Assembly: GCA_041621915.1 (NCBI GenBank) | Contig: JBFJZV010000002.1 | Location: 1 to 36,331 of the forward strand | From: Acidimicrobiia bacterium | GTDB lineage: Bacteria > Actinomycetota > Acidimicrobiia > Spongiisociales > JAOTWH01 | DNA length: 36,331 nt | Reading direction: 5' to 3' | Shown: positions 17,021-24,430 of the stretch, in pieces | Numbering within the stretch: the stretch's first letter is position 1 | Layout: the number at the start of each line of letters is the position of its first letter | Translations under genes and position numbers: made by a program | Notes under the pieces: model-generated | What the model was told of the DNA's origin: nothing | Database searches by the model: none | Seen by the model: only the letters and a program-made list of their open reading frames with translations

Positions 17021-18664
17021 TCAGCCCACCCGGCAGTAGCAGGACGCCTCGATCGGGACGTCGGCGCGGGCTGCAGCCAGGTCGAGGCGCTGCTTCACCA
17101 TCGCCGCCTCCGACTTCTTGCCGAGGCGCATCAGGCACTCGTGCAGGCCGTGCAGGCTCCACACGTTGTCGGGGTGCTGGTAGGCGCGCGCCAGCGAGCC
17201 GTCGAGGCCGAGATCGGCGCGATACACGGCCTCGGCCTCTTCGATGTGGCCCTGTTCCAGCAGCAGCGCGCCGTAGGCGTGGCGGGTGGGTTGCATCCAG
17301 CCCCACGGCTCGTCGTACGGCAGGTGGTCGTCGCGGTGGATGGCCTCCCGCAGGTGGGCGAAGGCGGCGTCGTGGTTCCCCTTGCGGTACTCCACCTCGC
17401 CGGCGAGCATCTCGGCTGCCACCGCCAGGATGTCGACGCAGGCGTTGTTGAACACGTAACGGCTGTCGGGGACCCGGCCGACGGCGGCCGTGAACAGCTC
17501 CTGCTGATCTTCGGCCTCGGCGACCCTCCCGGTGGCGGCGTAGGCGACGCCCTTCGCGTAGTGGGTCATCGCGGTAGTGACGCAGTAGAGCTCCGGGTCG
17601 TCCGGCAGCGGGGTGTCGATGATGTCCTGCCATCTGCCGAACCGGACCAGCACGTGCAGCTTCATCGGCACGAAGCCCTCCAGCCAGTCGGCCATCGGTG
17701 GCACCTCGACCTCGAGCAGCTCGCGGGGCAGCGTCTCGATCATCTCGTCCGCGGCTTCCAGCGCCGCGTCGAGCTGGCCCAGGAACATCGCCCCGTACAG
17801 CTTGAAATGGTAGTTGTGGGACCGGTACAGCGAGTAGAAGTTGAGCGCACCCTCCCGCTCCAGGTACTTGCGGTCGGCTTCGATGCCGCGGGTGTTGGAG
17901 TCGACGACGCGCTCGTAGTGACCGCACAGCACGTCGATGTGGGTGGGCATGTGGCGCAGGTGGCCGGCGTCGGGCACCAGGTCCCGCAGCCGGTCGCCGG
18001 CCCGGAGCGCGACCTCCGGGTGCGGGGACATCTCCATCAGGTGGACGTACATGTGCAGCACGCCCGGATGGCTGCGGGAGGCCGGGTCCTCCATCGCCCG
18101 CTCGAGCACGGCGCGGGCTTCGTGCGTGTGGGCCCCCGCTGCGACCGATCCCGACTCCAGGTCCCAGAGCTGCCAGGGGGTGACGTTCATCAGCGCCTCT
18201 GCGAACAGCGCCGCCAGGTCGAGATCGTCCCGGTGCGCCTCGTATGCCCCCCGCATGGCATCGGCGTAGGGCTGGTTCCACACGGCGCAGTCCTCGACCG
18301 GTTCCGGCTGGGGATAGCGGGCGGACAGCGCCCCGATCAGCGCCTGCTCCGCCGCCGTGGCGCCGGCGCCGAGCGCGGCGGCTTGCGCGGCGGCCGCGTG
18401 GGCGGTCGCGAGCGACCGCGCGAGGTCGACCGGGTCGAACGCTTCCCACGGCTTGTTGTAGTTGGGGCCGGCCGCATAGGCCACGCCCCAGTGCGCCATG
18501 GCGCAGCTCGGATCGTGCTCCAGAGCGAGGCGGAAGCAGGCGATCGCCTCCTCGTGGTTGTAGCCGTAGGTCCACACCAGCCCCCGGTCGAACCATCGCT
18601 GCGCGTCGGCCGACGAGGTGGTGATGGGGCGTGTGTGCGTGCCCAGGTCGTAGTAGTCGTGCAT
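17021..18664 (-). CDS. tetratricopeptide-repeat protein (TTC38-like conserved family)
   Basis: 547 aa, with AGGAGGAGGG upstream of the ATG. It is helical-repeat rich (GLVWTYGYNHEEAIACFRLALEHDPSCAMAHWG..). Overlapping track ORFs in other frames are Arg/Pro/Gly-rich shadows. Confidence 0.75.
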   Translation of the reverse strand: MHDYYDLGTHTRPITTSSADAQRWFDRGLVWTYGYNHEEAIACFRLALEHDPSCAMAHWGVAYAAGPNYNKPWEAFDPVDLARSLATAHAAAAQAAALGAGATAAEQALIGALSARYPQPEPVEDCAVWNQPYADAMRGAYEAHRDDLDLAALFAEALMNVTPWQLWDLESGSVAAGAHTHEARAVLERAMEDPASRSHPGVLHMYVHLMEMSPHPEVALRAGDRLRDLVPDAGHLRHMPTHIDVLCGHYERVVDSNTRGIEADRKYLEREGALNFYSLYRSHNYHFKLYGAMFLGQLDAALEAADEMIETLPRELLEVEVPPMADWLEGFVPMKLHVLVRFGRWQDIIDTPLPDDPELYCVTTAMTHYAKGVAYAATGRVAEAEDQQELFTAAVGRVPDSRYVFNNACVDILAVAAEMLAGEVEYRKGNHDAAFAHLREAIHRDDHLPYDEPWGWMQPTRHAYGALLLEQGHIEEAEAVYRADLGLDGSLARAYQHPDNVWSLHGLHECLMRLGKKSEAAMVKQRLDLAAARADVPIEASCYCRVG

Positions 18665-18738
18665 CGTGCCCTCCTCCTGGCCTCTGCCGCGATGTCTACC
18701 AGCCCGGGGGCCGGCCGTGTAGTAGGTTTTTGCGGCTC

Positions 18739-19938
18739 ATGCCCGCCGGACGCCTGACCATCTCTCTGCTCGCCGCCGCCATGCTGTGGCTGCTGCCCAC
18801 CGCCGTCGCCCATGCCGACGATTCGCCCGCCGGGATCGGCGTGGTCGACCCGGCAACCGGCACCTGGTACCTGCGCGACCCGGGGTCGGGCGCGACCACG
18901 TCGTTCTACTTCGGCAACCCGGCGGACGAGCCGTTCATGGGCGACTGGGACTGCGACGGCGTGGGCACGCCCGGGCTCTACCGCAAAGCCGACGGCTACG
19001 TCTACCTGCGCAACTCCAACACCCAGGGCATCGCCGACGTGTCCTTCTTCTTCGGCGACCCAGGCGACCAGCCGATCCCGGGCGACTTCGATGGAGACGG
19101 CTGCGACACCGTGTCGATCTACCGGCCCGCTGAGTCGCGGTTCTACGTGATCAACCGGCTGGGATCGGCCGACGCCGGCTTGGGAGCAGCCGACACGTCC
19201 TACCGCTTCGGCGATCCGGGTGACCAGCCGTTCAGCGGCGACTTCGACGGCGATGGTGTCGACACCGTGGGCGTGTTCCGGGCCGGCACCGCGTTCCTGC
19301 GTACTCCGAGCGGGGCGCCGCAGCGGGTGACGTTCGGCGGCGCCGGGGACGTCGCGCTGGCGGGCGCCTGGAGCGGGAGCGCCGACCTGCTGGCCGTCCA
19401 CCGGGCGGGCGTGTTCGCGTTGGGCGACGGACTCGGCGGCACCAGCGCCACCGTCGAGTACGGCCGGGAGTCCCAGCGTCCGATCGCCGGCCGGTTCGGG
19501 CCGCTGCCCGGGGGCGACGCCCCGCCGCCGGTGGCGCCGCCGTACCCCGACGTCGGTTCCGGCAAGCGGATCATCTACTCCAACACCGAGCAGCGGGTGT
19601 GGCTGATCGAAGCCGACGGCACGCTGGTGAAGACGCACGCGGTGTCCGGCCGGGCCGGGGTGCCCGCACCGGGCACGTATGCGGTGTTCTCGAAGTCGGT
19701 GAAGGCCTACGCCGCGTACGGCGGCATCACGATGACCCATATGGTCCGGTTCGCCCACGGGCGCCGGCTGCCCTACGGGTTCCACTCGATCCCGGTGTAC
19801 CCCGACGGCCGGCCTCTGCAGCTCGAGTCGGAGCTGGGCACCTACCAGAGCGCCGGCTGCGTCCGCCAGCAGATGGACGACGCCATCTTCCTCTACGACT
19901 GGGCCGACGTCGGCACCACGGTGCACGCCCTGCCGTAG
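18739..19938 (+). CDS. secreted repeat-module protein with C-terminal L,D-transpeptidase (YkuD) catalytic domain
   Basis: ATG at 18739. The signal peptide is LLAAAMLWLLPTAVAHA. Five FGxPGD..GD(W/F)DGDG repeats, the last two degenerate, run to about 19500. The YkuD motif follows: GFHSIPVYP..LGTYQSAGCVRQ. Confidence 0.9.
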   Translation: MPAGRLTISLLAAAMLWLLPTAVAHADDSPAGIGVVDPATGTWYLRDPGSGATTSFYFGNPADEPFMGDWDCDGVGTPGLYRKADGYVYLRNSNTQGIADVSFFFGDPGDQPIPGDFDGDGCDTVSIYRPAESRFYVINRLGSADAGLGAADTSYRFGDPGDQPFSGDFDGDGVDTVGVFRAGTAFLRTPSGAPQRVTFGGAGDVALAGAWSGSADLLAVHRAGVFALGDGLGGTSATVEYGRESQRPIAGRFGPLPGGDAPPPVAPPYPDVGSGKRIIYSNTEQRVWLIEADGTLVKTHAVSGRAGVPAPGTYAVFSKSVKAYAAYGGITMTHMVRFAHGRRLPYGFHSIPVYPDGRPLQLESELGTYQSAGCVRQQMDDAIFLYDWADVGTTVHALP

Positions 19939-19951
19939 GAGCCCGGGCTGG

Positions 19952-19971
19952 GGTGACAGCCCCTCGTCACC
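19952..19971. terminator. short hairpin between convergent genes (possible bidirectional terminator)
   Basis: GGTGAC (19952-57) pairs with GTCACC (19966-71) around an 8-nt loop. It lies between stop codons at 19938 (+) and 19967 (-). Confidence 0.3.
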
Positions 19972-20569
19972 TCCGGCGGAACACGCCGAAGAGCTCGCCG
20001 TCCTCCTCGTCGAGGCTCTCCAACTCCAGGCCGTGGTCGGCGAAGCCGAGGAGCTCTCGGCGGGACAGCGGCCACGGCGGGCCCACCGGTTCCTCGTCTT
20101 CGGGCCGCCCGTTGGCCACCGCCAGCAGCGTGCCGCCCGATCCCACGGGGGTGGCGACCGCAGCGACGACCTGGCCCCGCAGGTAAGGCGGCAGCGACTG
20201 AACGGTGCGCACGTCGACCACCAGCTCGAAGGCCCGCCGCCACTCGGCCGGGAGGTCGAACAGGTCGGCGACGACGTAGTCGACCTCGCTGGCGGGGAAT
20301 CGGTCCCGCGCCCAGCCGATGGCAGCCGGGGAGGCGTCGAAGGCGGTGACCGCGCAGCCCCGGCGGGCGAGCTCTTCAGCGTCGTCGCCGAGCCCGCTCC
20401 CCACGACCAGCGCCCGGCCTAGCGAGGAACGGCGAGCGTCGAGCCATCCGACGAGCCAGGGGTTCGGCTGCAGCGATGCCCAGGGGATCGCGCGCGGGTC
20501 GCGGTGCGCCCCGGCGTACATCACGTCGAAGAACTCGGACGCCTGCTCCCTGCTCAATTTGCCTGCCAC
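19967..20569 (-). CDS. class I SAM-dependent methyltransferase
   Basis: The SAM-binding motif I is ALVVGSGLGDDAEELARRGCAVTAFDAS, and the acidic loop is VVADLFD. The GTG start at 20569 is inferred; the upstream part of the track ORF is unlikely to be coding. Confidence 0.75.
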   Translation of the reverse strand: MAGKLSREQASEFFDVMYAGAHRDPRAIPWASLQPNPWLVGWLDARRSSLGRALVVGSGLGDDAEELARRGCAVTAFDASPAAIGWARDRFPASEVDYVVADLFDLPAEWRRAFELVVDVRTVQSLPPYLRGQVVAAVATPVGSGGTLLAVANGRPEDEEPVGPPWPLSRRELLGFADHGLELESLDEEDGELFGVFRRR

Positions 20570-20652
20570 AGAGGGCAAGGTAGCGCGGTCGGGTCCTCGT
20601 CCTCCGTCGCTTGGGACCAAGGTCTCTGCTCTCAGGGCAGGCGATGCCGATA

Positions 20653-20674
20653 GCTTGTGAAATGAATCACAAGC
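20653..20674. promoter_or_regulatory. perfect 8-bp inverted repeat (GCTTGTGA-N6-TCACAAGC) in a divergent intergenic region
   Basis: Read directly: 20653-20660 GCTTGTGA, a 6-nt spacer AATGAA, then 20667-20674 TCACAAGC. The patch is locally AT-rich and lies 30 nt upstream of ATG 20704. Confidence 0.3.
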
Positions 20675-20703
20675 AATGCGGAGCCACAAGGAGGCACCAC
20701 GAA

Positions 20704-21402
20704 ATGACGAAGCGATTCCAAGCCGTCGGCGTCATCTTCGTCGTCCTCGGGGTCGTGTTCCTGGCGATCGGTACGGTCGCCTGGATGCGGACCTCGGACG
20801 GCGCAGAGGCGCTGGACAAGTTCAGCGAGGCGCAGAACGTCACGCTGAGCTACAACGAGGACGGCCAGCTGACCGACCGGGGCACCACCGAGGGCGCCGA
20901 GGCGATCCTGACGCTGCTCGAGGACGATTGGGGCTACCCGGTGGACCGGGGCGCACTCGATCCTGCTGACCCGCTGGTCAACACGGCCACCGAGTACATG
21001 TTCCAGATGGCCACCATCGGCTACCACGTGCTGCACGGCACGCAGACGGTGGTGCTCGCCGAGGACGTCGAGTACAACGGGGAGCTGTTCCCGGCCGGCA
21101 CGTACGAGTTCGAGGTCGACGGCCGCTACTGGACCGACTTCGACCGCCAGCACCCGATCGAGGGCCCGGCTCGCAGCCAGGCGTGGAGCGGGACCGTCCA
21201 CGGCCTGTTCGGCGAGCTCGGCGTCGGCGTCGTCACCTGGACCACGCTCCAGGTGGGCTACACCCTCGCCGGCCTCTTCGCAGCCCTCGGGTTCGTGTCG
21301 CTGCTCGCCGGCGGCGGGCTGATCTGGGCCGTTCGCGGCAAGGACGAGGAGCTCGCCCCCGCAGTGCCCGACACCGTGCCCCAAGACCTGATGGTCCGAT
21401 AG
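20704..21402 (+). CDS. hypothetical membrane protein with N- and C-terminal TM helices
   Basis: AAGGAGG (20688-94) lies upstream of ATG 20704. TM1 is AVGVIFVVLGVVFLAIGTVAW. It is followed by a roughly 170-aa soluble domain and C-terminal hydrophobic segments (LAGLFAALGFVSLLAGGGLIWAV). Confidence 0.7.
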   Translation: MTKRFQAVGVIFVVLGVVFLAIGTVAWMRTSDGAEALDKFSEAQNVTLSYNEDGQLTDRGTTEGAEAILTLLEDDWGYPVDRGALDPADPLVNTATEYMFQMATIGYHVLHGTQTVVLAEDVEYNGELFPAGTYEFEVDGRYWTDFDRQHPIEGPARSQAWSGTVHGLFGELGVGVVTWTTLQVGYTLAGLFAALGFVSLLAGGGLIWAVRGKDEELAPAVPDTVPQDLMVR

Positions 21403-21424
21403 CGCCGACCCTGTCGCTGACAGC

Positions 21425-21448
21425 GGGGCCCCCGGCAACGGGGGCCCC
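21425..21448 (+). terminator. strong GC hairpin, candidate intrinsic terminator
   Basis: GGGGCCCCCG (21425-34) pairs perfectly with CGGGGGCCCC (21439-48) around a GCAA tetraloop. It lies 23 nt after the stop at 21402. Confidence 0.6.
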
Positions 21449-21527
21449 GGCGCGCGTGCAACCGATCCGGCGCCGGCGGTGTTCAAGGGATCGAAGTGGC
21501 CGACCCCAGCGATAGCCTCCCGACCCA

Positions 21528-22427
21528 ATGAGCGGCTCCATACTCACCACGAGCCGAGGGACCAACACCGGGCAGTTCACCCCTGTCGACTGGGCGCTCT
21601 TTGCGGGCATCAGTGGCATCTGGGGCGCCTCGTTCCTCTTCATCTCCATCGGGCTCGACGCCTTCGACCCAGGGCTCATCACCTGGGCGCGGGTGGGGTC
21701 GGGGGCGGCGATCCTGGCGCTGTTCCCCCGCGCTCGCCGGCCGATCGCGCCGGAAGACCGGCCGCGGGTGCTGGTGCTGTCGCTCATCTGGGTGGCCATC
21801 CCGTTCACGCTGTTCCCGATCGCCCAGCAGTGGATCGCCTCGGCCCTCGCCGGGATGCTGAACGGTGGGATGCCGATCTTCGCGGCGCTGATCGCGTCGG
21901 CGATGCTCGCCAGGGCGCCGCACGGCGCCCAGCTCCTGGGCCTGGTCGTGGGATTCGGCGGCGTGATCGCAATCAGCGCCCCGTCGCTGGGCGAAGGCGA
22001 GTCGCAGGCGATCGGGGTGGTGCTGGTGCTCGCCGCCACGGTGTTCTACGGGCTGTCCGTGAACATCGCGGCGCCCGTCCAACAGCAGTACGGCTCGCTG
22101 CCGGTGATGGCCCGCATGCTGGCCCTCGCCACCGTGTGGACCACCCCCTACGGGCTCTACGGCCTGGCCAACTCGAGCTTCGCCTGGGACTCGCTCGCCG
22201 CCGTTGCGGCCGTCGGGGTCCTCGGCACCGGGATCGCCTTCGTCATCATGGGCACCCTGGTGGGGCGGGTCGGCCCCACCAGGTCGTCGTTCATCACCTA
22301 CGCCATACCGGTGGTTGCGCTGGTGCTGGGAGTCGTGTTCCGCGACGAGACCGTCGAGGTGGTGGCGATCGTCGGGGTGGGTCTGGTGATCCTGGGTGCG
22401 TTGCTGGCGTCGCTGAGGGAGAGCTGA
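21528..22427 (+). CDS. DMT superfamily (EamA-like) transporter
   Basis: 299 aa with about 10 hydrophobic segments and two EamA-type halves (WGASFLFISIGL..; ..GTGIAFVIMGTLVGRVGPTRSSFITYAIPVVALVLGV). Confidence 0.85.
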   Translation: MSGSILTTSRGTNTGQFTPVDWALFAGISGIWGASFLFISIGLDAFDPGLITWARVGSGAAILALFPRARRPIAPEDRPRVLVLSLIWVAIPFTLFPIAQQWIASALAGMLNGGMPIFAALIASAMLARAPHGAQLLGLVVGFGGVIAISAPSLGEGESQAIGVVLVLAATVFYGLSVNIAAPVQQQYGSLPVMARMLALATVWTTPYGLYGLANSSFAWDSLAAVAAVGVLGTGIAFVIMGTLVGRVGPTRSSFITYAIPVVALVLGVVFRDETVEVVAIVGVGLVILGALLASLRES

Positions 22428-22438
22428 CGACACGGTGA

Positions 22439-22459
22439 GTGAGGCGGTTCGTCCCTCAC
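22439..22459. terminator. hairpin between convergent genes
   Basis: GTGAGG (22439-44) pairs with CCTCAC (22454-59) around a 9-nt loop. It spans the stop codon of the minus-strand lipoprotein gene. Confidence 0.3.
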
Positions 22460-23262
22460 ACGCAGAGCCCGTCCACGACGCCCCGGAAGCAGAACGCGGT
22501 CTCCTCGACGCTGTGGAGCGAGAAGCTCTGGCGGTCGTCACTGGGCCGGCCGAACACGTGCAGCCGGGCGCCGCTCACCGAGTCGTCGCCGAAGCCCACG
22601 ACGTCGTAGGTCACCTCGCCGAGGTCGTGCTCACCCCGGGGCGCCGCGACCAGCACGGCCTTCGCCGAGTCGTCGCCGAAGGTGACGGCGTCGGCCACGA
22701 GGAGGCCGAGCTCATCCAGCGTCGGGGCGGTAGGCCGCTCGCCGAGGAGCTGGATCACCGCCGCAGTCGAGTCGACGGTGGCGCCCAGGCGGGACAGGAA
22801 CCGCAGGTTGGCCCAGCCCACCGTGCCGCCGGCGTCCACCTCGACCCAGATGGCGCCGGCGTCGAGCCGGCGGGCTCGGCCGGTGGCCACCACGTCGGTT
22901 GCGAGGGGGCCGAGCCGGTCGGCGATCTCGTGGTCGACCCCCGGGCCGCGGCGCACGTTGAGCACGTCGTCGTGGGCGACGCCGACGACGGCGAGGCGGG
23001 CACCCCGCTCCGGCCCGAGCTCGAACGGCTCGCCGGGCAGGCCCGGCGCCTGGGTGGCGGGAGGCGCCAGGGTCGTGGGAGGCGCTTGGGTCGCCGGCGG
23101 CGCCTGCGTGGTGGGGGGTGCAGGAGCGGTGGGGTCGGGAGCGGCTTGCGTCGTGGGCGGCGCCTGGGTGGTCGGGTCGGGAGTAGCGGCCTGATCGGTG
23201 TCGCCGCAGGCGACGGCGAGCGCGGCAACCACCGCCAGGATGGCAATCAGTCGGAGTCGCAT
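22456..23262 (-). CDS. lipoprotein with Pro/Thr/Gln-rich linker and SH3-like domain
   Basis: AAAGGTGAGG lies upstream of ATG 23262. The lipobox is ALAVAC. The linker has PPTTQAP-type repeats. The segment VLNVRRGPGVDHEIADRL..IWVEV..GWANLRFL resembles bacterial SH3 domains. Confidence 0.7.
   Translation of the reverse strand: MRLRLIAILAVVAALAVACGDTDQAATPDPTTQAPPTTQAAPDPTAPAPPTTQAPPATQAPPTTLAPPATQAPGLPGEPFELGPERGARLAVVGVAHDDVLNVRRGPGVDHEIADRLGPLATDVVATGRARRLDAGAIWVEVDAGGTVGWANLRFLSRLGATVDSTAAVIQLLGERPTAPTLDELGLLVADAVTFGDDSAKAVLVAAPRGEHDLGEVTYDVVGFGDDSVSGARLHVFGRPSDDRQSFSLHSVEETAFCFRGVVDGLCV
23044..23181 (-). repeat. degenerate tandem coding repeat (PPTTQAP / PPATQAP units)
   Basis: The peptide PDPTTQAPPTTQAAPDPTAPAPPTTQAPPATQAPPTTLAPPATQAP is encoded by reiterated ggcgcctgggtgg-like units on the + strand. 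Confidence 0.7.
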
Positions 23263-23393
23263 GGTCCTCACCTTTCGCGGGTTGCGGGTGGCTTCTCCCA
23301 TAGGCAACCGCGGCGAGGTCACACCGCCCTCACCGCCGTGCAACGGTTGCGTTACGAGCGACGACCGGCCGCGGCCGGGTAGCGTCGGGGGCC

Positions 23394-24422
23394 ATGGCCG
23401 CATTGACCGTCCTCGACGAGGGCCGCCCGACAGAGGTGGAGTTCGCCCTGGCCGACGGCGTCGTCCGCATCCTTCGGTCGATGGTCGAGGCTGCGGTGGG
23501 CTGGCGGCTCGAGGATCGGGGCCTGTGCCGCGGCGACATCTGCATCCCCGTGCGCGACCCGGCGCTGGTCACCGCGGATGGGGTCTCGCTGCCGGGACTG
23601 GCCGCAGCCCTCCACCGGCCGCTGGCGCTCGACACCGACGAGCGGGCCGCCTACCTCGGGCCGTCCGCGGCCGACCGGGCGCCGCTGGCCGCCGGGTCGC
23701 CGGCGCCGCCGTTCTCGCTGCCCGATCTCGACGGGAGGCTCCACTCGCTGGCCGATCACCGCGGGTCCAAGGTGCTGCTGGCCGCCTGGGCGTCGTGGTG
23801 AGGATGCCGCTACGACCTGCCCGGGTGGCAGGAGATCCATGAGGAGCTGGCGGGGCTGATGGTCATCACGGTCGCCCTTGACCGGGCCGCCGACGCCCGC
23901 CGCTGGATCGAGCGGGCCGAGCCGACCCACCCCAGCCTCGTCGACGAGGGCCACGTCCTGGCGGACCGCTACCACATGGTCAACGTGCCCACCGTGGTGT
24001 GGATCGACGAGGACGGCCGGATCGCCCGTCCCAACGACGTGGCGTTCACCACCGAACAGGGCGGCAAGTACGCTGGGGTGTCGACCGCCGACCAGATGGC
24101 GCTGCTGCGCCGGTGGGTGGCGGGCGAGGCGCCACCCGCCGCCCCGGCCATGCCGGCGTCGGGGGCAGGGGGGCCGACGGCGGAGGCGGGGCTCGCCCGC
24201 GCCCACTTCGGCCTCGGCTGGTGGCTGTTCGAGCAGGGTCGGGGGGACGCCGCCAACCGCCACTTCTCCGTCGCCGGCGAGCTGGCGCCCGAGGACTTCA
24301 CCATCCGGCGGGGCACGATGCGCTTCCGCGGCGCCGACCCGTTCGGCCCCGAGTTCATGCAGATGGTCGCCGAGTGGCATGCGGGCGGGAATCGCTACTA
24401 CCTGCCGCTGCCCGTCGAGTAG
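23394..24422 (+). CDS. ResA/TlpA-like thioredoxin-fold protein with in-frame TGA at the active site (putative selenocysteine; motif W-A-S-W-U-G-C); alternatively a pseudogene
   Basis: Track ORFs 23394..23801 and 23859..24422 share one frame and are separated only by TGA 23799-23801. The joined product shows the redoxin layout: PAPPFSLPDLDG..GSKVLLAAWASW[TGA]GCRYDLP...VPTVVWIDEDGRIARP. GC3 is high on both sides of the TGA, and a hairpin follows it. Confidence 0.6.
23802..23838 (+). promoter_or_regulatory. candidate bacterial SECIS-like stem-loop immediately downstream of the in-frame TGA
   Basis: The lower helix is GGAT (23802-05) with ATCC (23835-38). The upper helix is CCTGCC (23816-21) with GGCAGG (23827-32). 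The apical loop is CGGGU (23822-26). The upper stem starts 14 nt after the TGA. Confidence 0.4.
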
Positions 24423-24430
24423 CCGCGCAG

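Noticed and set aside
16548-18596. 682-aa minus-strand ORF and 538-aa plus-strand ORF (17141..18757) over the TPR gene
   Set aside because: They are alternative-frame or antisense shadows of the 547-aa TPR protein (17021..18664). That gene has a strong SD, normal composition and helical-repeat sequence.
23799-23801. Treating the TGA simply as the end of a 135-aa gene, followed by a separate 187-aa gene starting at ATG 23859
   Set aside because: The first ORF would end in the middle of the thioredoxin fold, exactly at the active-site motif. The second would begin mid-domain with no SD. The 57 nt between them are in frame, stop-free and codon-biased. A single read-through or disrupted gene fits better. 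A pseudogene or sequencing error remains a stated alternative to selenocysteine.
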